64,000 nt of DNA, taken from a virus. Shown here one piece after another: positions 59,221-64,000 of the stretch. Numbering within the stretch: the stretch's first letter is position 1; the number at the start of each line of letters is the position of its first letter. A model generated the notes under the pieces. It was not told where the DNA came from. It made no database searches and was given only the letters and a program-made list of their open reading frames with translations. The position numbers and the translations under genes are program-made. The DNA lies in IMG/VR virus record IMGVR_UViG_3300023179_000071, positions 17,877 to 81,876 of that record. One strand, written 5' to 3'.

Positions 59221-59675
59221 GATAGACCATTGAGCCAAGATAGATTCGGTTGAATTTTTTCTATTTCTATCTTGCTCATCTGTACGAATAAATCAAATCT
59301 TTTCCTGGCGTCATCATCAAATAAGTGTGTTCCGTGTTGGTCAGACATTACTACTTTTGAAATTCCTTCCTGCCATAAGGCCATAATACAATCATTGCAA
59401 CTTTGCCCTGTTACATAAGCTATTCCATTGTCTGGTCTAACAACACAATTACTAAGAGCATTTCTTTCTGCATGTATCATCCATGGATATTTTTCCGGTC
59501 TAGTGGTTGGTAAAACGGTATCATCCATACCCCTAGGGAATCCGTTATATCCTACGCCAAGAATCCTGTTTGATCTGTCTGTGATAATACATCCATGTTG
59601 AGTGTGTATATCGTGACTTCTTTGAGAAACAACTTTGGCTAATCCTAAAAAATAATCGTTCCACGAGGGTCTCAT
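59211..59675 (-). CDS. dCMP deaminase
   Basis: RPSWNDYF, GYNG, HAERNAL, SCNDC; ATG at 59675 follows AGGA. Confidence 0.92.
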   Translation of the reverse strand: MRPSWNDYFLGLAKVVSQRSHDIHTQHGCIITDRSNRILGVGYNGFPRGMDDTVLPTTRPEKYPWMIHAERNALSNCVVRPDNGIAYVTGQSCNDCIMALWQEGISKVVMSDQHGTHLFDDDARKRFDLFVQMSKIEIEKIQPNLSWLNGLSGV

Positions 59676-59707
59676 AAAAATCCTAACTGCTTGAAAGTGA
59701 TAAACGT

Positions 59708-59736
59708 ATAATACCACATCTACAGCTTGAAGTCAA
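59708..59736 (-). promoter_or_regulatory. Sigma70-type promoter for dCMP deaminase and downstream genes
   Basis: TTGACT-17 nt-TATTAT with extended -10 TG. Confidence 0.7.
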
Positions 59737-59745
59737 GACATACAT

Positions 59746-61005
59746 TTACATTACGTCCGACAACGGAAAATCTTCCATTTCCTTAGTATGCTCATTAAAA
59801 ATTTTTATGTTCGAGACCAAAAGACCAAGAGAACGAATATCGTTTGGTATTGAAGGAGGAGTATCTGATGACAACTCTATATTGTATGGCTCATGAATAT
59901 CGAATTCTATCTGTTTATTTTTTTCTAAAGCATCTATATTTATGATATCTCCATTAATAGTAATTTGTAGATTGTTTAGAGTATGATGTTGTTTAATCTC
60001 TATATAGGCTCTATTTATATTTCTAAAAGATATTTGGTCTTGAGGGGCCAGCAACAACGAATTATCTCCATCAACTCCATATTTTGAATTAGTCATAATT
60101 ATTGGTTTATCAATACAATCTAAAGATTGACGTATATCAAAAAATATCTGTATCTTTTTGATAACTGCTGGATCCTGAATAGTTATAAAATTATTAGTAT
60201 CTCTATAGCTAATATTTTGTAATTTGTAATTATTAATAATTTGATATCTAGAATAATATTGTCTATGTTTAATATATCCATGAAATAAATGAGATATGTG
60301 CGAATTATCTAAATAAGTTATTCCAATCCTCTTATTCTGAATAAAATCTTTGGCTCTTAGTAGATATATAAAGTATTCTTCTCTACTATCACTACATAAC
60401 ATATCAAAAATTTTAGGTGATATGGCATGAGTATTATAAAAAAATGGTATAATATTTAAAAGATCTCCTCCGCCAACAATAGCCTGATCAAATAATCCAT
60501 TCATATGATCCAAATAATCCCTGTGATAAGCTACCGCCATGCCGGGATTTCCATTGTAAATCAATGGCATACCAGTAGCACATCTAATCATACTATAATC
60601 TTGCTTTTCAATATCCGTTCCGTTTTGTTCAAGATAAGACACCAAATCGAATGCCTGTATCATAATATGAGATTCTAGTAAGTTAATACTATTTTTATAC
60701 CAATTATTTTTATGAAAAACAATATCATTATCTAGCACCATTACATATTTATATCTATCTGGTATTTTTTTAAGTAAATAATTTATTCCTGTTTCTTTAT
60801 GCCACACATTACTATCGGTATAGACAGTATAGTGATTACTACCATCCAAACGAGCTATGGGATCATGGTTTTTTGGAATTATTTCACATATATATGTGTC
60901 TGCTGCTAGGCTTTTTATTCCATCAATAAATTTATTCCAATTAGAATTAAAATATAGATTATTAGTATGATTAAAAACTGTAATTAATATAGCTAAATTA
61001 TTCAT
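59746..61005 (-). CDS. GT-A fold glycosyltransferase with C-terminal beta domain
   Basis: WHKETGIN..LP/IP..VLDNDIVF (DxD), VGGGD, HLFHG; DIRSLGL near the C-terminus. Confidence 0.75.
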   Translation of the reverse strand: MNNLAILITVFNHTNNLYFNSNWNKFIDGIKSLAADTYICEIIPKNHDPIARLDGSNHYTVYTDSNVWHKETGINYLLKKIPDRYKYVMVLDNDIVFHKNNWYKNSINLLESHIMIQAFDLVSYLEQNGTDIEKQDYSMIRCATGMPLIYNGNPGMAVAYHRDYLDHMNGLFDQAIVGGGDLLNIIPFFYNTHAISPKIFDMLCSDSREEYFIYLLRAKDFIQNKRIGITYLDNSHISHLFHGYIKHRQYYSRYQIINNYKLQNISYRDTNNFITIQDPAVIKKIQIFFDIRQSLDCIDKPIIMTNSKYGVDGDNSLLLAPQDQISFRNINRAYIEIKQHHTLNNLQITINGDIINIDALEKNKQIEFDIHEPYNIELSSDTPPSIPNDIRSLGLLVSNIKIFNEHTKEMEDFPLSDVM

Positions 61006-63142
61006 TGTATATACTTACTGTATCGCAACCTAGATCCTTCATAATTTTGAGAAATTTATTTTGATTAATCGCTTGATATTTTTTTGTTCCTTTAGTTATA
61101 TCTGTTCCACTAGATGATCCTTCGTCATGTATAGCTTCGCATCTATGATCATATATTGTTTTTAGTCCATATATATGGGCTCTATATTGCCACTCACTAT
61201 CTTCGTAATACATTTTTTCTAATTCTGTACTTAAAATTCCTATTTTATTAATAGCATCCCTTCTTAGATATAACAAACAACCAGAACAATATCCTGTATA
61301 ATGAGGTATATTGTATACAGGACTAGATGGAGATTGGTACCTACCCTTATTTCGTCCCGTACCGTCGTCATACAACTCAGCCCCAGCTTCAGCAAGCATT
61401 CCATTTGGATAGACGGTTTTACCTCCAGCTGCCGCAATATAATCAGCACTATAAGCACTAGAGTATAGATAGTTTAGCCAATAGCCATCAATAATTTCTA
61501 TATCATCATTCACTAATAATATATCAGCATCCATATAGGAAGGATTCTGTATAATATTATTATTTGGTATAATAAAGTAGTTATTCTCTTTATTTTTAAT
61601 ATATGTTATTTTGGAACTATTATAGTTTTTAATAAGTTGTTCGCATTTATAATTAGACCCATTGTCAGAAATAATAATATGGTAATCTGGATATTTTGTT
61701 TTTTCTAAGATAGTATCTAAACATTTTTTCAGTTTTATATTTTGATTATAAGTTACAATACTTATAATGACTTTTTTAGTTTGTAATGTATGCTCTAAAA
61801 TATTTTGAGCAGCTTGTGTGGAGACTATTTTGGTTAAATGATTTTTTCCTGCTTGTCCTAGTTCTATTTTCTTTTTATATGATAGATTAAAGAAATACTC
61901 CAATTTAGATACAAATGCTTCTGTTGTGTTAGCGATAAGTGCATGATTTTGATCAATAAAATTTATACCTTCATTACCTATATCGGAAGTTAGTATTGGA
62001 ATACCGGACATTCCAGCATCACATATTTTCCCTTTAATGCCAGCTCCCCAAAACAAAGGAGCAATCAATAGTATAGATTCAGGATATATATCAGATATAT
62101 TTTTAATCTGACCAAGATATCTAATATTTGGGTCGTTTTTAATAGATGTTATTATCTCACTATCAAGAAAAGGGCCAATAATTAACAGTTTAGGTTTTTG
62201 TTTTAATTTTTTATATGTGATACTTGTTTGAAATAATCTATAAACTTTGATTGATTCTTTAACGGCATCTACATTAGGAGAATGATTATAATTTCCAATA
62301 AATACTATATTGTTACCTAACTTTATATTTTGTTCATCATGAATATTACTTAGTATTTTAATATTAGCGCCATACCCAATTTCTTTTTGTATATGTTTTT
62401 TATCTTGCTCCGTAATAGCAAAAATAACGTTTGCTTTATTGTATATATTTTTTTCTATATTTTTTCTCATATCAAGAGAATCTTGAGGTATATTTAATTC
62501 TCCACTATCTTTTCCTCTTTGCTCTCTAACCCAATGAACATCCACACTATCCACAATAATCTTAATATTAGGATAATATGATTGTACTATATCAATATAT
62601 TGATGACCAATATCATACCAACTAAAAATAGCATTATGAAAGGTTATATCAGAGTCCACGGCTTCTTTTAGATACTGATCTAAGTATTGATTATTTTTTA
62701 TATCGGGTAAAAATACTTTAATCCCTAGACTCTTAACTGCCTCAATATGTTGTTGACTGTTATAGCCATTACACATGAACCATATATTATAATCGAGATT
62801 TTTTAGTATTTTCAGTATTTGAAGTAATCTATTGCCGCCGCTACTACAATCGTAGTCTGGTGCCATTGGAGAAAAGTATAACAAATTTTTACCATTATTC
62901 CATATTTCGGGAGTGTATATATTTTTTTGAACTTCTGAAATAACTTTAATTTTTTTGTATTGACGATTCTCTCTTCGTCCAAATAATAGATAGTGTTCTT
63001 TTGCTTTTTGTTCGTCATCTATACCAGCTGCTATCAAATCCGGATGTAGTAGAATATAAATTATAGGATCAAAATCATTAGGAATAAAATGAGCGAACTT
63101 TTTCACTAATAACTTGATTTCTGGCCTAGATTTCCATTTCAT
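60998..63142 (-). CDS. Bifunctional glycosyltransferase (GT4-like + GT2)
   Basis: FDP..Y...HPDL..HY...GRRENR; FIGNYNHSPN, APL.WGAGIKGK; ISIVTYN, SDNGS, NDD, GCLLYLR, YYEDSE. Confidence 0.88.
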   Translation of the reverse strand: MKWKSRPEIKLLVKKFAHFIPNDFDPIIYILLHPDLIAAGIDDEQKAKEHYLLFGRRENRQYKKIKVISEVQKNIYTPEIWNNGKNLLYFSPMAPDYDCSSGGNRLLQILKILKNLDYNIWFMCNGYNSQQHIEAVKSLGIKVFLPDIKNNQYLDQYLKEAVDSDITFHNAIFSWYDIGHQYIDIVQSYYPNIKIIVDSVDVHWVREQRGKDSGELNIPQDSLDMRKNIEKNIYNKANVIFAITEQDKKHIQKEIGYGANIKILSNIHDEQNIKLGNNIVFIGNYNHSPNVDAVKESIKVYRLFQTSITYKKLKQKPKLLIIGPFLDSEIITSIKNDPNIRYLGQIKNISDIYPESILLIAPLFWGAGIKGKICDAGMSGIPILTSDIGNEGINFIDQNHALIANTTEAFVSKLEYFFNLSYKKKIELGQAGKNHLTKIVSTQAAQNILEHTLQTKKVIISIVTYNQNIKLKKCLDTILEKTKYPDYHIIISDNGSNYKCEQLIKNYNSSKITYIKNKENNYFIIPNNNIIQNPSYMDADILLVNDDIEIIDGYWLNYLYSSAYSADYIAAAGGKTVYPNGMLAEAGAELYDDGTGRNKGRYQSPSSPVYNIPHYTGYCSGCLLYLRRDAINKIGILSTELEKMYYEDSEWQYRAHIYGLKTIYDHRCEAIHDEGSSSGTDITKGTKKYQAINQNKFLKIMKDLGCDTVSIYNE

Positions 63143-63806
63143 AATAATCTTCTAATAATTTAATTTCTAATGCGATATATTTGTATATTAGATTTTTTGT
63201 TGCTTGGCTTATAGTTAATGAAGAATCTATAGGAGAATGATTGATGTGATAATTGGGTATATGTAATTGAAAAGGATTCAAATCATTAAATGCTTCACAT
63301 AATTGTTGATTTTCAACTTGAAAATAAAATTGATAATCTTTTATAGCTTTTTTAGCTATTTCATATTTATCTGTTAAAGATTTATGTTTATTAATATATT
63401 CTGTGAGATACCATATTGTTAAGTGACCAAATTTTTCTAAATAGTTTTTAAGTACTATCTCTGATAATGTATCTATGTGTCTGTTATAAAAGTAATGAAT
63501 ATGACTAACTATTCTAGATAATGGATTTCTTAGTGTTAATATTCTATAGGTATCAGATATTTGTATTTTAAAAGTATCCTCAAGAAAAAATGCGGGACTA
63601 TGATCTATAAATATTAATGTATGAGGATGTATAGCTTCTATAAGATGAGGTTGATCGTATAAGCAAATACCAGCATGTGTAAATTCACTAATATATGCCG
63701 GCCATTTGTCAAAATATATATTTGTCTTTGCTGCCTCATAAATACTTTTTCTTAGACTAGATCCTCCACATCTAGGAATATGATTCATAATTAGGTATTT
63801 ATACAT
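63126..63806 (-). CDS. Sulfotransferase-like protein (Sulfotransfer_2)
   Basis: HIPRCGGSS (5'-PSB loop) and LRNPLSRIVS (3'-PB). Confidence 0.7.
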   Translation of the reverse strand: MYKYLIMNHIPRCGGSSLRKSIYEAAKTNIYFDKWPAYISEFTHAGICLYDQPHLIEAIHPHTLIFIDHSPAFFLEDTFKIQISDTYRILTLRNPLSRIVSHIHYFYNRHIDTLSEIVLKNYLEKFGHLTIWYLTEYINKHKSLTDKYEIAKKAIKDYQFYFQVENQQLCEAFNDLNPFQLHIPNYHINHSPIDSSLTISQATKNLIYKYIALEIKLLEDYYEMEI

Positions 63807-63857
63807 AATACTTATACTGATTTCCAGTATACTCCATCTTCTATTTGTTCATGGTGT

Positions 63858-63968
63858 TCATATACCAGATATTAGAGATACGTCAAAAAAGTCTTTGTTG
63901 AGATTAAGCATATTTGCTATAGCAGCAGATTGGCAGTTGCCTATAAATAATACTTTAGTTACAGACAT
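63858..63968 (-). pseudogene. Truncated WcbI-like fragment (36 aa)
   Basis: AAGGA SD then MSVTKVLFIGNCQSAAIANML..., with a stop after 36 codons. Confidence 0.45.
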
Positions 63969-64000
63969 TGGCGTCCTTATTAGATAGAATTAATAATACT

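Noticed and set aside
1-64000. Alternative genetic code (stop reassignment)
   Set aside because: Standard code gives near-complete coding density with full-length conserved proteins; TAA, TAG and TGA all end genes.
1-64000. tRNA, rRNA, IS elements, integrase
   Set aside because: No cloverleaf/T-loop signature in the few intergenic gaps and no transposase or integrase motifs.

Overview
An AT-rich, very gene-dense segment of a large tailed dsDNA phage (Caudoviricetes). No capsid, terminase or integrase lies in the window. It has two convergent arms meeting at ~29,996-29,999. The + arm (1-29,999) is a virion/tail block of very large mosaic proteins carrying Ig-like, discoidin-like, Calx-beta-like and RCC1-repeat domains, a truncated SUMF1/FGE-type domain, baseplate-hub-like regions and many Thr/Pro-rich mucin-like linkers. 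The - arm (29,996-64,000) encodes a phage replisome and recombination set (DnaB, DnaG, split DnaE, DEDDh exonuclease, SSB, RecA, Cas4/AddB-like nuclease, Rad52-like protein), nucleotide metabolism genes (class II RNR, dCMP deaminase, dNMP kinase, PhoH) and two glycan-synthesis clusters. Main leads: (1) a dnaE split without inteins, with an epsilon-like exonuclease and a mosaic RCC1 gene between the halves; (2) mucin-like virion proteins together with a phage glycosylation/sulfation toolkit; (3) a Cys-flanked module shared by several tail proteins; (4) smaller signals including an ATT start codon, a structured nrdJ leader and a GGTGTA-type candidate promoter. All calls come from motif recognition by eye; no database searches were run.
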